Position numbers and translations under genes: made by a program. From positions 185,348 to 249,347 of IMG/VR virus record IMGVR_UViG_3300046507_000667: a stretch of DNA of 64,000 nucleotides; one strand, written 5' to 3'. The notes under the pieces were generated by a model. It saw only the letters and a program-made list of their open reading frames with translations. It did not search any database and was not told where the DNA came from. Below are positions 55,038-63,453 of this stretch, piece by piece. The number at the start of each line of letters is the position of its first letter. Positions within the stretch are counted from its first letter, which is position 1.

Positions 55038-55066
55038 ACCCTAACCCTCTTTTTGAAGGTTAGGGT
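55038..55066 (-). terminator. CCCTAACC variant hairpin terminator
   Basis: ACCCTAACCCTCTTTTTGAAGGTTAGGGT, nearly identical to the 43977 copy. Confidence 0.8.
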
Positions 55067-55074
55067 TTATCACG

Positions 55075-55863
55075 TTACTTCCAAGTCAGTTGATCGAAAA
55101 TGATTTCATCGAGACCTTGAGCTTCTCGATTAACATCTGGCTCATCATCAACCCAGATTCCATCAATAAACTTACCTCGAATATAGAAGTGAGCAACACC
55201 TGAATGTTTAGCTACTTGTACGAATCGCTCTACTTCTGATTTATTCATATCAATGTTATTAACATAATCACTGATATTATCTTTACGGAATGAAGCAAAG
55301 TCATGTTGACCAAATGCCCATGAGTAGAGAATACCATCAGCAATTTCTAGGAAACTCATTGCACTTAGATTTTCTACTGTTGCACGATCTTGACTTAGCT
55401 CAGATTCACTATTCCTCATTGTGAGGATAGTATCAATCCATTGGCGGTAGCATTGCTTTTCTTCATCCCATACAATATCACATTGAATCTCGTCATGATA
55501 TGTGAAATGATGTCGATGATTTGCCAATGGATGACGGAATTCGCCATCTAGATATTGAAGGACTTGTAGAACGCCGTCTACTTGGTCTTCATCTAGGTTA
55601 TGGTTATTATCTACAATAATATCCAAGATGGATTGATGGTCTGGTGTCTTATACTCTTTTACCATTCCCATGAAAACACCATCTGGTTTTGCTTTAACTA
55701 CTTTTGCTACATATGCAAGTAAGAGTTCTAGTTTCTCTAGATATTTTTTCTTATCAGTCTTAATGTCAATACCAGTGATAAACATCTGATCAACAGATTC
55801 TTCGCTCGATACTAGCAGAGTCATTTCTCTTCCTTTTCCTTTAAGTATTAGTGCGATAGGCAA
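55075..55863 (-). CDS. Hypothetical protein, tandem paralogue A
   Basis: QCDIVWD..CYRQWID, WAFGQHDF, FDQLTWK. Confidence 0.78.
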   Translation of the reverse strand: MPIALILKGKGREMTLLVSSEESVDQMFITGIDIKTDKKKYLEKLELLLAYVAKVVKAKPDGVFMGMVKEYKTPDHQSILDIIVDNNHNLDEDQVDGVLQVLQYLDGEFRHPLANHRHHFTYHDEIQCDIVWDEEKQCYRQWIDTILTMRNSESELSQDRATVENLSAMSFLEIADGILYSWAFGQHDFASFRKDNISDYVNNIDMNKSEVERFVQVAKHSGVAHFYIRGKFIDGIWVDDEPDVNREAQGLDEIIFDQLTWK

Positions 55864-55897
55864 ATTACTTTACCTATCACATTAATAATATATCCTT

Positions 55898-56959
55898 TCA
55901 TTTGAGTTTAAACACTTTTTCTTTTATTTTGTCCTTGCTTACCCCAAAGTCTTTTTCTTTCTTAAACGTATTATAGTGAATACGAATAGAATTAAAGTTA
56001 TCGTAATCCAAGATAAACTTATAGTAATCTAGATCAACATCATTATCCGAATACATATCAAGATTCATGCTTAGGAATCCAAGTCGTCTTAGCATTTTTA
56101 CCACTAATAGAAATGACTTACCATTAGCACTACAAAAGACTGTATCTTTAGACTTTTCTTTGTCATAAAGATTTAGCCATACTGAAGTAATATCCATAAC
56201 ACCTTCAGTTAAGACTAAATTCAAAGTTGGTGACAGTAGATCTAGTTCACCACCAATTGTATAGATTTTACTACCTATATCAAATGGTCTATTCATTGAC
56301 TCAGTATAGTAACGTCGTCCACTATGATGATCTTGAGTGTGTCGAAAACCCATATAGTTAGTATCCATTGATAGAAATCCCAATGAATACTTCTCTAAGA
56401 AAGTTCTCAAGCTAGCCAAACCATTTGACTGCTCATAATACTCTTTTAGATGCTCCATTTCATTCAATTTCATAAAAGAATTCAATGAAGTAACTATCTT
56501 TAAATCTTCTAGATCTTGCATCGTTAAATCAACACCCATTCGATCTACTAAATATTCGATCTTGTCTCGATAATGCTTCTTACCTAGACTAATTGGAGGT
56601 CTCTTAAAACGTTTCTTTTCTAGAAATGGGTTATCAGTATCACTGACATAACGACCTGTATCTCTTAAAGTCTTTTTAGAAGTCTTACCAATTCGATTGA
56701 TTAGATCTTGGTCATCAACTTCCATATCTCTAAGAGATCCATTATTCAAGAATCCCTTAGTATTGCAACGCTGGCAATAAAAAGCAAATGGACTGGTAGT
56801 GGAGATATATAAGTGAGCATGTGTTAAATCATTCTTCGAGTCACCACAATATGGACACCGAATAATCAACTCACTACCAGAAGTATTACGATAAACTACT
56901 TTACTATTAGACCTTAGGTTTTGCTCGAACTCAACTAGTAAGCTTGAGCTATCTGACAT
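55898..56959 (-). CDS. DNA primase (T4 gp61-like, zinc-binding domain plus TOPRIM)
   Basis: RCPYCGDSK..HLY..FYCQRC; LTEGVMDITSV; YSDND. Confidence 0.8.
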   Translation of the reverse strand: MSDSSSLLVEFEQNLRSNSKVVYRNTSGSELIIRCPYCGDSKNDLTHAHLYISTTSPFAFYCQRCNTKGFLNNGSLRDMEVDDQDLINRIGKTSKKTLRDTGRYVSDTDNPFLEKKRFKRPPISLGKKHYRDKIEYLVDRMGVDLTMQDLEDLKIVTSLNSFMKLNEMEHLKEYYEQSNGLASLRTFLEKYSLGFLSMDTNYMGFRHTQDHHSGRRYYTESMNRPFDIGSKIYTIGGELDLLSPTLNLVLTEGVMDITSVWLNLYDKEKSKDTVFCSANGKSFLLVVKMLRRLGFLSMNLDMYSDNDVDLDYYKFILDYDNFNSIRIHYNTFKKEKDFGVSKDKIKEKVFKLK

Positions 56960-57228
56960 CAGGGATTACCATAGTCTTCACGGAGATCTTCTTGCATATC
57001 ATGGAAACCATCATTGAAGTTTTCACGTACAAGTTCAACGACTTCATTGGTTTCTACATCGCCTTCAATATTTGCTGCAAGGATATTTACAACAGCAAGA
57101 ATTTGCTCATCGGTGATAAGCCAATTGTTCAACCAATCCCTAATTGAATGCTTTGAAAAGCGGTACTTAGGAAGAGTTTCATCATCACAAACAATGATAT
57201 CATCAGGGTTAGTAATAACAGTACTCAT
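56959..57228 (-). CDS. Hypothetical protein
   Basis: Start moved to 57228 (MSTVITNPDD), directly after the upstream stop. Confidence 0.65.
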   Translation of the reverse strand: MSTVITNPDDIIVCDDETLPKYRFSKHSIRDWLNNWLITDEQILAVVNILAANIEGDVETNEVVELVRENFNDGFHDMQEDLREDYGNP

Positions 57229-57229
57229 T

Positions 57230-58696
57230 TTATAGTTGCTCCACATAATTAAGGATTTCGACCATTGCTGATTTAATACTGATTTCCTTGGTAGGCTGAT
57301 AAGGCTCACCATTAGGTAGATTATACTCAGCAAAGTCTGTATTGATAACTTCACCAATAAATTGAGTAATCACTGTAATATCAGCTTTGGTATCGAGATG
57401 CTTATACTTATCGGCAATATTCTTAAAGACAGATGATTCTTTAATCTCTAAGAAATTCTTACCACGAGTAAAATTGTGTTTGATGGTATGCTTTGGTACT
57501 GGCTTACCAAGAAGAATATAGCTAATAAATGGATAGTTATTACGTTCAAACCATTCTTTTGCAATAAGAACTACCTTAACATAGTCCTCTTTATTCATCA
57601 TATAAGAATCAATTCCTTTACCAATCTGATTTGAGATAAAGAAATTGAGAATTTTGGTTTGCCCTGTATGAATGTCAATATGCTTCTTATAATAATCAAA
57701 TAGTGCAGGATCGACATACTTCATATTACGATCAATGAAGTTAGCGATATCTTCACGCATCAATACAATTTGAAGCTCACTAGATGTCTTCAGTAGTTTC
57801 TGTTCAACCTTTACAAAAGGATTGGAAGCATCTGAATCAGTCTTAGTAATACTCAGTGGCTTATAGGTTAACCGGAAGTTAGCAGTAAAATTGTATTCAA
57901 TTTGTTTCTTAATAACAACGTGAAAGAATGAGACAATTGACTTATTAACATCAAGCTTTGGAAGAATACTTGTCAATACATTACGATGGATTTCAATAGC
58001 CATTGTCTTATCATTGATAGATAAATTCTTCAAATAAGACCACATGACCTTATCAGAATACAATGTATTTGCTACTGCTGTTTCAACAAACTTCTGAATC
58101 TTGATGACTAGATCCAGTGGTTCACCATCATCATCAAAGTTGAACTTCTGGAGAATATGGTGGACAACTTCTAGAAAGAGTGTATCTTCTTTACGAATAT
58201 TATGTACTGCCATGAAATGACAGAGAAGAGGAATCACAGTCCGGAAAAGGATTGCAGAACCAATAATTCGCTTTGCATAGGAATCTTTGAACTGCAATTG
58301 ATTGTCTTTAGAAGGACTTTCAATAGTGATTTGATAATTCTCTTCAACGTAATCATAAATAGATTGAATTAGAGGTTCATCCTCAATAATATAATCACGA
58401 ATTGCTTCTGCAAGACGGATACGATCTTCTTGGCTATCACCATATTCACCTTGGTCCAGTAGCCCCTTGATAGTCAAATATGTTTCTGCAAGATGTGGGT
58501 TCTTTCCCAAAAAAGTATTTACATCGTCAATGAAAATATCAATTGACTTATGGAAAACACGCTTCTTAAGAAAGCTAAATCCAAACGACACGGTATCCAA
58601 AAGGCTTTCATCGGAGATATGTCCTTCAAAAACTTTATTCTTGAAGTCGATGTTGACAATTTTGTCTCCGTTGTGTGTTACAAATTTAGCGGCCAT
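57230..58696 (-). CDS. Sigma-like promoter-specificity subunit of the non-virion RNAP (AR9 gp226 / phiKZ gp68-like)
   Basis: LFRTVIPLLCHF, YSDKVMWSYLKNLS and ILPKLDVNKSIVSFFHVVIKKQIEY..TYKPL match my recollection of AR9 gp226; lies two genes from the chaperonin, as gp226 does from gp228. Confidence 0.75.
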   Translation of the reverse strand: MAAKFVTHNGDKIVNIDFKNKVFEGHISDESLLDTVSFGFSFLKKRVFHKSIDIFIDDVNTFLGKNPHLAETYLTIKGLLDQGEYGDSQEDRIRLAEAIRDYIIEDEPLIQSIYDYVEENYQITIESPSKDNQLQFKDSYAKRIIGSAILFRTVIPLLCHFMAVHNIRKEDTLFLEVVHHILQKFNFDDDGEPLDLVIKIQKFVETAVANTLYSDKVMWSYLKNLSINDKTMAIEIHRNVLTSILPKLDVNKSIVSFFHVVIKKQIEYNFTANFRLTYKPLSITKTDSDASNPFVKVEQKLLKTSSELQIVLMREDIANFIDRNMKYVDPALFDYYKKHIDIHTGQTKILNFFISNQIGKGIDSYMMNKEDYVKVVLIAKEWFERNNYPFISYILLGKPVPKHTIKHNFTRGKNFLEIKESSVFKNIADKYKHLDTKADITVITQFIGEVINTDFAEYNLPNGEPYQPTKEISIKSAMVEILNYVEQL

Positions 58697-58753
58697 GCTT
58701 TTCCTAATTAAAAGATTTATTAAAGTACGTCAATATTATAATATATTTATACT

Positions 58754-59650
58754 TTATTTTTTAACTTTGTTATTAACTTTATTATTCAACTTATTGTCAA
58801 CTTTGTTATTGACTGTAAAGTTAGCTTTATTTTTACCAGTATTGGTAACTGAAATACCTTTCTTAGAACGATTCTTTCTACCCTTCTCAAGATGATCCAA
58901 ACCAGCAGTGATAGTCTCTTTAGGAGCCTGTCGTGCTATACGTTTAGCCTTCTTTTCTGCAATTTTTGTATGCTCCGCAGCAGTTTTAGCTTTATTGTAT
59001 TCTTCTAACTTAGTGACAGAAGAAGGTACACTTTGCTTAAATTTAATCTTATTTAGCGGAACCATCGATGTAGCATAAGCACTTCGATCTAATAGATGAT
59101 TATCTTTAAGATAAATCAGTGCAAAAGTAATGCTCTTTTCAAAGAACATGATTGCATCTGGGTTACGCTTTTCTGGATAAGTATCTAGTGCTTTCTTAGC
59201 AAGCTTATCTTTCAAGAACTCAATTAAGAGATCATGAAAATTGAAAATATAAGCATATGTAAAGTTAAATGATGGGCCATTCGTAAAGAAACGAATATTG
59301 TAAGTAGTCAATGATGTTGGAGTTCCTTCAACTTCTTGAAACTCAAATACGACATCATAGAATAGATCATCATAAGATTCTGAAGGTACTTTGACAGTTA
59401 CAAAGATACTTGAGGCTACTCTAAAATAACTATGGGCAAATTTCTTACCCCTTCTTAGCATATTAGCAAGTTTTGATCTAATAGAATCAAGATAAAGCTT
59501 TGCTTGAGCTGAGGCATTTCCAGGATTGCCTGTTGGATTAGTAAGGAAAGAATTTACAGTAAATGTCTTAGGAACTTTCTTTTCATTCCCAATGGTCTGT
59601 AAATCTTTTGGACTTACTTTACCTATAGGCGCTGCATTCGGCTGAGCCAT
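58754..59650 (-). CDS. Hypothetical protein with basic C-terminal tail
   Basis: 298 aa; FFTNGPSFNFTYAY; tail NNKVDNKLNNKVNNKVKK. Confidence 0.75.
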   Translation of the reverse strand: MAQPNAAPIGKVSPKDLQTIGNEKKVPKTFTVNSFLTNPTGNPGNASAQAKLYLDSIRSKLANMLRRGKKFAHSYFRVASSIFVTVKVPSESYDDLFYDVVFEFQEVEGTPTSLTTYNIRFFTNGPSFNFTYAYIFNFHDLLIEFLKDKLAKKALDTYPEKRNPDAIMFFEKSITFALIYLKDNHLLDRSAYATSMVPLNKIKFKQSVPSSVTKLEEYNKAKTAAEHTKIAEKKAKRIARQAPKETITAGLDHLEKGRKNRSKKGISVTNTGKNKANFTVNNKVDNKLNNKVNNKVKK

Positions 59651-59665
59651 AATTATAACACCTAA

Positions 59666-59715
59666 AATGAAAAAATCCCGATATATTCCTATTGTTAGTT
59701 GGAATATATCGGGAT
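59666..59715 (-). terminator. Hairpin terminator after groEL
   Basis: ATCCCGATATATTCC...GGAATATATCGGGAT with an adjacent A tract. Confidence 0.75.
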
Positions 59716-59735
59716 TAGAATTACATCAATTTGTA

Positions 59736-61649
59736 TTAAAGGGACAATTGATTTGAATTAAGTAGTAGACCTACAATAGAGAATGATGCCCTTAAAATTT
59801 CAAGGTCTGTCTCTACTGGAGCTAAAACTGAAGTAGTTGTAATACTTTCAATTTCATCATTTACAATATTAAGAATCTTTGGGAAGCTCTTAGCATTGCA
59901 TTCAATTTCACCTACACTTAGTTCAATTGAATCTTCATAGAATGTATTAACCTTAGTTGGCATATCATTGATATATGATAGCCATGCCTCATAATCATTC
60001 TCTGCATCTGTCGGCATATCACGATTCTCAAATGGAATCATAGCTAGACTAACGTATGCAATAATTAAATCATTAATAACGTTCCATGCACACATATCTT
60101 CATTGTATTTATATAGATTCAATGATGGATCTACTTCATACAATGCTTTAAGAGTAATCAATGCATACAATGGAACAACGTTACCACCCATTGTATAACC
60201 ATTACGCATTACTGACTGACAAGCTAAAACTGAATCTTCTACTAGTTCTTTGATAGAAGTCTTTTCATCTTCAGTACGTCCACCAACAAAGATAGTTGAA
60301 TGAACACCTACTAGACTTGCTAGACGATTACGTAACTGACCACGCTTAATGATTAGATTCTTGGAAGTCTCATCAAGTTCTTTCTGAATATCAGCCATAC
60401 GTTTAGTATATGCTTCAGTACTCATACGAACTCCAGCACCAGTTTCAAATAATACTCCTTGAGGAGTAATAGTAACTTTACGTGCATTACCAATAAATGA
60501 GCCAAGATCCATATCTTTAATATTGTCTGGAGATACTTGTGAAAGACCTAATGGGTCAGTCTTAATATAAGCTGCCAAATCAAGGAATTTCTCATTAGCA
60601 TCATTACTTTCTAGACTTTCTGTCTTAAGATAGTATACTGAAAGTTCTTTAGCTAAGAATGATTCCTGTACAATCTTTTGAATAATTTCAGCTTGATATA
60701 CATCAGCAATAACTACGATTGGAGGAAGCTTTCCATCCTTACCATTAGCCACTACAGACATATTAGCTTTGATACCATCCACAATCTTTGAATGGAAATC
60801 GAAAAATTCATAACCTTGTAAGATCATAGGGTTCTCTAGCTCTACTGAAGTCTCTGACTTAAATAGAGAAGGATGAACCATACTTAATGCAGTAGTATGA
60901 TAGCCATAACGATTATTGATCTTAAGACCTTCATTATCGTCTGGAGCAAGCTTGATAGCTACTACTGAATGTGAGCTAAGAGTTGACATAAGTTGTGCAA
61001 CTTCTTGACCAATACTCTTATCATTATTATTTGATAAGGTTGCTACAGTAGTTAGAATACGAAGCTTATCTTCTTGTGACAATTCATCAAGTCGATATGT
61101 ATAATAGCGCTTAATGATAGTCTCTAGATCTTTTTGAAGCAGGTCTAAAAATGATACAAACTGCTTACGAGTACGGAAAGTATCTAGAATACTTTGATCA
61201 TTTTCATCAAATGTATCTTTGAGTACTTTATATACTTCATTAGCTGCCAGAATAGCTGATGTTGAACCATCACCAACCTTTTGTACTAGATTAGATGAAA
61301 TACTCATCACTAAACGATAGATAGTATCAGCACTAATGGTTGGAATCTTCATTGACTTAAGGATAGCTAAACCATCCTTAGTTACTAATTGCTCACCACC
61401 TTGACGAATTACTGTATTCGCACCATATGGACCATATGATTTACGAAGTACATCTGAAATTTCTTGAAGAACCTTTGATGTATTGTCGGTAAGAGTTTTA
61501 GCATCAAACATGTTCTCAATAAGCTTACTCTTAGTAGACTCTGTCTTGACAATTTCACCTGCAGGGGTATCATTAAAGTCAATGTCAGATAGCTTATTTT
61601 CTGCTACTAGTTCACGAATGAATGCTTTAATAGCTGCCTTGATAGTCAT
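59736..61649 (-). CDS. groEL: GroEL-like phage chaperonin
   Basis: LRKSYGPYGANTVI, VTKDGLAIL, VGDGSTSA, IFVGGRTEDE, EDSVLACQS, GGNVV. Confidence 0.88.
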   Translation of the reverse strand: MTIKAAIKAFIRELVAENKLSDIDFNDTPAGEIVKTESTKSKLIENMFDAKTLTDNTSKVLQEISDVLRKSYGPYGANTVIRQGGEQLVTKDGLAILKSMKIPTISADTIYRLVMSISSNLVQKVGDGSTSAILAANEVYKVLKDTFDENDQSILDTFRTRKQFVSFLDLLQKDLETIIKRYYTYRLDELSQEDKLRILTTVATLSNNNDKSIGQEVAQLMSTLSSHSVVAIKLAPDDNEGLKINNRYGYHTTALSMVHPSLFKSETSVELENPMILQGYEFFDFHSKIVDGIKANMSVVANGKDGKLPPIVVIADVYQAEIIQKIVQESFLAKELSVYYLKTESLESNDANEKFLDLAAYIKTDPLGLSQVSPDNIKDMDLGSFIGNARKVTITPQGVLFETGAGVRMSTEAYTKRMADIQKELDETSKNLIIKRGQLRNRLASLVGVHSTIFVGGRTEDEKTSIKELVEDSVLACQSVMRNGYTMGGNVVPLYALITLKALYEVDPSLNLYKYNEDMCAWNVINDLIIAYVSLAMIPFENRDMPTDAENDYEAWLSYINDMPTKVNTFYEDSIELSVGEIECNAKSFPKILNIVNDEIESITTTSVLAPVETDLEILRASFSIVGLLLNSNQLSL

Positions 61650-61684
61650 TGATTCTTTCCTAAATTTTTATGAGTAAATAAATA

Positions 61685-61717
61685 GCCCGAACTTCTTGTC
61701 TAATAAGAAGTTCGGGT
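61685..61717 (-). terminator. Hairpin terminator after the frameshift extension
   Basis: CCCGAACTTCTT...AAGAAGTTCGGG. Confidence 0.75.
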
Positions 61718-61721
61718 ATTT

Positions 61722-61979
61722 TTAAGTTCTCTTTCGTTGTTGTTCTTTCATCGCATCTTCTTCAGCTTTCTTCTTTTCTTTAAGATAATCAATCTGAGCA
61801 GTAGTCAGATCATTTAAGAAAGGGATTGGAATCTGGAGAAGTTCAGAGAGTGACATCCGACCTTGAAATAAATCCAAAGTAGATACCACTCCCTTTAGCT
61901 GCATCTTATAGAATTCTTCTGATGTAGCTTCTGCCTCAGCAACTACTTCAATTATACCGAAGTTGCTTCGGCGATAGCG
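61722..61979 (-). CDS. C-terminal extension reached by -1 frameshift from the upstream gene (includes the 61722..61904 ORF)
   Basis: The -1 frame is open from the slippery site: RYRRSNFG...EEFYKMQLKGVVSTLDLFQGRMSLSELL. Confidence 0.7.
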   Translation of the reverse strand, partial: RYRRSNFGIIEVVAEAEATSEEFYKMQLKGVVSTLDLFQGRMSLSELLQIPIPFLNDLTTAQIDYLKEKKKAEEDAMKEQQRKRT

Positions 61980-63361
61980 AAAAAAAGCAGACTTGTAATA
62001 TCTACGTCAATATTTTCAATTAGCTTCTTGCAAGTATCACCAGCACAATTAAAAGCAGGAATACGATACTGTACTCGATATTGACGAATACGATCGCTAA
62101 TTGCCTTATTTAGTACCTTTAGATCACCTGCTGAAAGATTAGCGATTGAAGGTAGAATCTGATGAATATCAGAAACTTCGTAGTATCGAACTTGACCACG
62201 GCTAAATGCTTCAACATCTGGCACCATGATTTGCTTGATATACTTGTGAAGAACGATAATTTCATCTTCGAACTTACCAGCAAACTTTTGTGTCAGACTC
62301 ATATTGTCTAGCATACGCTGTAGTGTTGGCGTAAGTAGTTCAATAACGATACGTGAATCTGGAAGAATAATACGCTTGGTCTTAGCTACCATTGAGTTAC
62401 TTAGGAACTCACGACCACGGTTTACACCTTGAAGAACATCAGCAACATATGTACCAGCTTTTTCTTGATCGACTACTTCAATTAGAGTGTCTGGTAATAG
62501 CTTGATGTTGTTTTTCGCAGCACAATGGGGACATTGCACAGTGTATTCTGTAGCTTGAGGGAAAGTAGGATAGTAGATACCATACAGAAGTGTTTCATAA
62601 TCTTCATCCGCAGTTACGTTCAGAAAATCAGCAAATTTCATTGAACCAACTGATGTTTCTGCAATTTTAGAGAAAACTAGCTTTAGTAGCTTAATTGTCT
62701 GATCGTAAGGAGTTCCACGGAAATTACGAACTGCAATCTTATCGTTATTATTCAGTGCCTTAAATGAAAGACGATAGCCACTCTTTAGAGCAATAACAGG
62801 GAATGATGGTGATGCATCAATTGTGTTAATGATCTGCAGTTGTTGTTGAATTGGTAGTGGATTATCGGCTTTAACAGGTACAATGGCATCTACGTCCACT
62901 GATACATTATTAAGAATATTCCTAACCTTATCAACTTGAGCACCAGCACCTTGAGCTTTGCGCTGTGCAAATAGCTCTTGCATTGCATCTAGTAATAGAT
63001 TAACTACTTCCATACGGTTAGGATCTTTTTCATCAGCCTCAACATCTTCAGCTAGAGTAGCTTCAAGAGTTGGCTTGACTTCTGCCTTAACAGGAGTAGC
63101 GGGTATGGCTGGAATTACAGCTACTGGATCAATGGTAGTTGATTGAACAGCAGTGCTTACTGGTTGTGCTAGTTCTTGTGGCAATGTAGTTGATGATTGC
63201 TGTGCAATTGCTTCTTGAGCTTGTTGTACTGCCATCTGTTCAGGAGTCAGATCAGCATCACTAATAGCTGTTGTTGGTGCAGCTACTTGACCGGGAGTCT
63301 GAAGTGAACTGATTAGGTCTGTGACTGAACCAAATGATTGATTTTCCATAATTCTTTCCAA
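61952..63361 (-). CDS. Baseplate hub / tail assembly chaperone (T4 gp26-like) with low-complexity N-terminus
   Basis: YETLLYGIYYPTF...YTVQCPHC..N, LLTPTL, FNCAGDTCKK; follows a gp25-like gene. Confidence 0.65.
   Translation of the reverse strand: MERIMENQSFGSVTDLISSLQTPGQVAAPTTAISDADLTPEQMAVQQAQEAIAQQSSTTLPQELAQPVSTAVQSTTIDPVAVIPAIPATPVKAEVKPTLEATLAEDVEADEKDPNRMEVVNLLLDAMQELFAQRKAQGAGAQVDKVRNILNNVSVDVDAIVPVKADNPLPIQQQLQIINTIDASPSFPVIALKSGYRLSFKALNNNDKIAVRNFRGTPYDQTIKLLKLVFSKIAETSVGSMKFADFLNVTADEDYETLLYGIYYPTFPQATEYTVQCPHCAAKNNIKLLPDTLIEVVDQEKAGTYVADVLQGVNRGREFLSNSMVAKTKRIILPDSRIVIELLTPTLQRMLDNMSLTQKFAGKFEDEIIVLHKYIKQIMVPDVEAFSRGQVRYYEVSDIHQILPSIANLSAGDLKVLNKAISDRIRQYRVQYRIPAFNCAGDTCKKLIENIDVDITSLLFFAIAEATSV
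61957..61985 (-). promoter_or_regulatory. Programmed -1 ribosomal frameshift signal
   Basis: In-phase T TTT TTC heptamer (61985-61979), 7-nt spacer, CCGAAG-CAA-CTTCGG hairpin (61971-61957). Confidence 0.75.
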
Positions 63362-63453
63362 AGAAGTTATTGTGATACGATAGGAGAAACAGACTTCGAC
63401 TAATTTGAAGTTCGAATTCTGAGTCTCCTACCAAAATGTGATAAAAGTTCTTA

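Larger units (their letters stand above)
3701..58746. promoter_or_regulatory. Recurrent early-type promoter motif ATATATTAT (19 intergenic copies)
   Basis: Minus-directed at 3701, 6863, 11118, 17476, 19454, 23254, 25237, 26541, 40125, 43946, 46052, 49630, 50448, 55885, 58738; plus-directed at 9740, 26619, 31931, 32794; resembles the phiKZ early motif TATATTAC. Confidence 0.75.

Noticed and set aside
3736-55066. Repeated palindromes as a CRISPR array
   Set aside because: Copies are dispersed singly in intergenic regions, with no regular repeat-spacer period and no cas genes
58467-58895. 142-aa plus-strand ORF
   Set aside because: Antisense overlap of two well-supported minus-strand genes and their promoter
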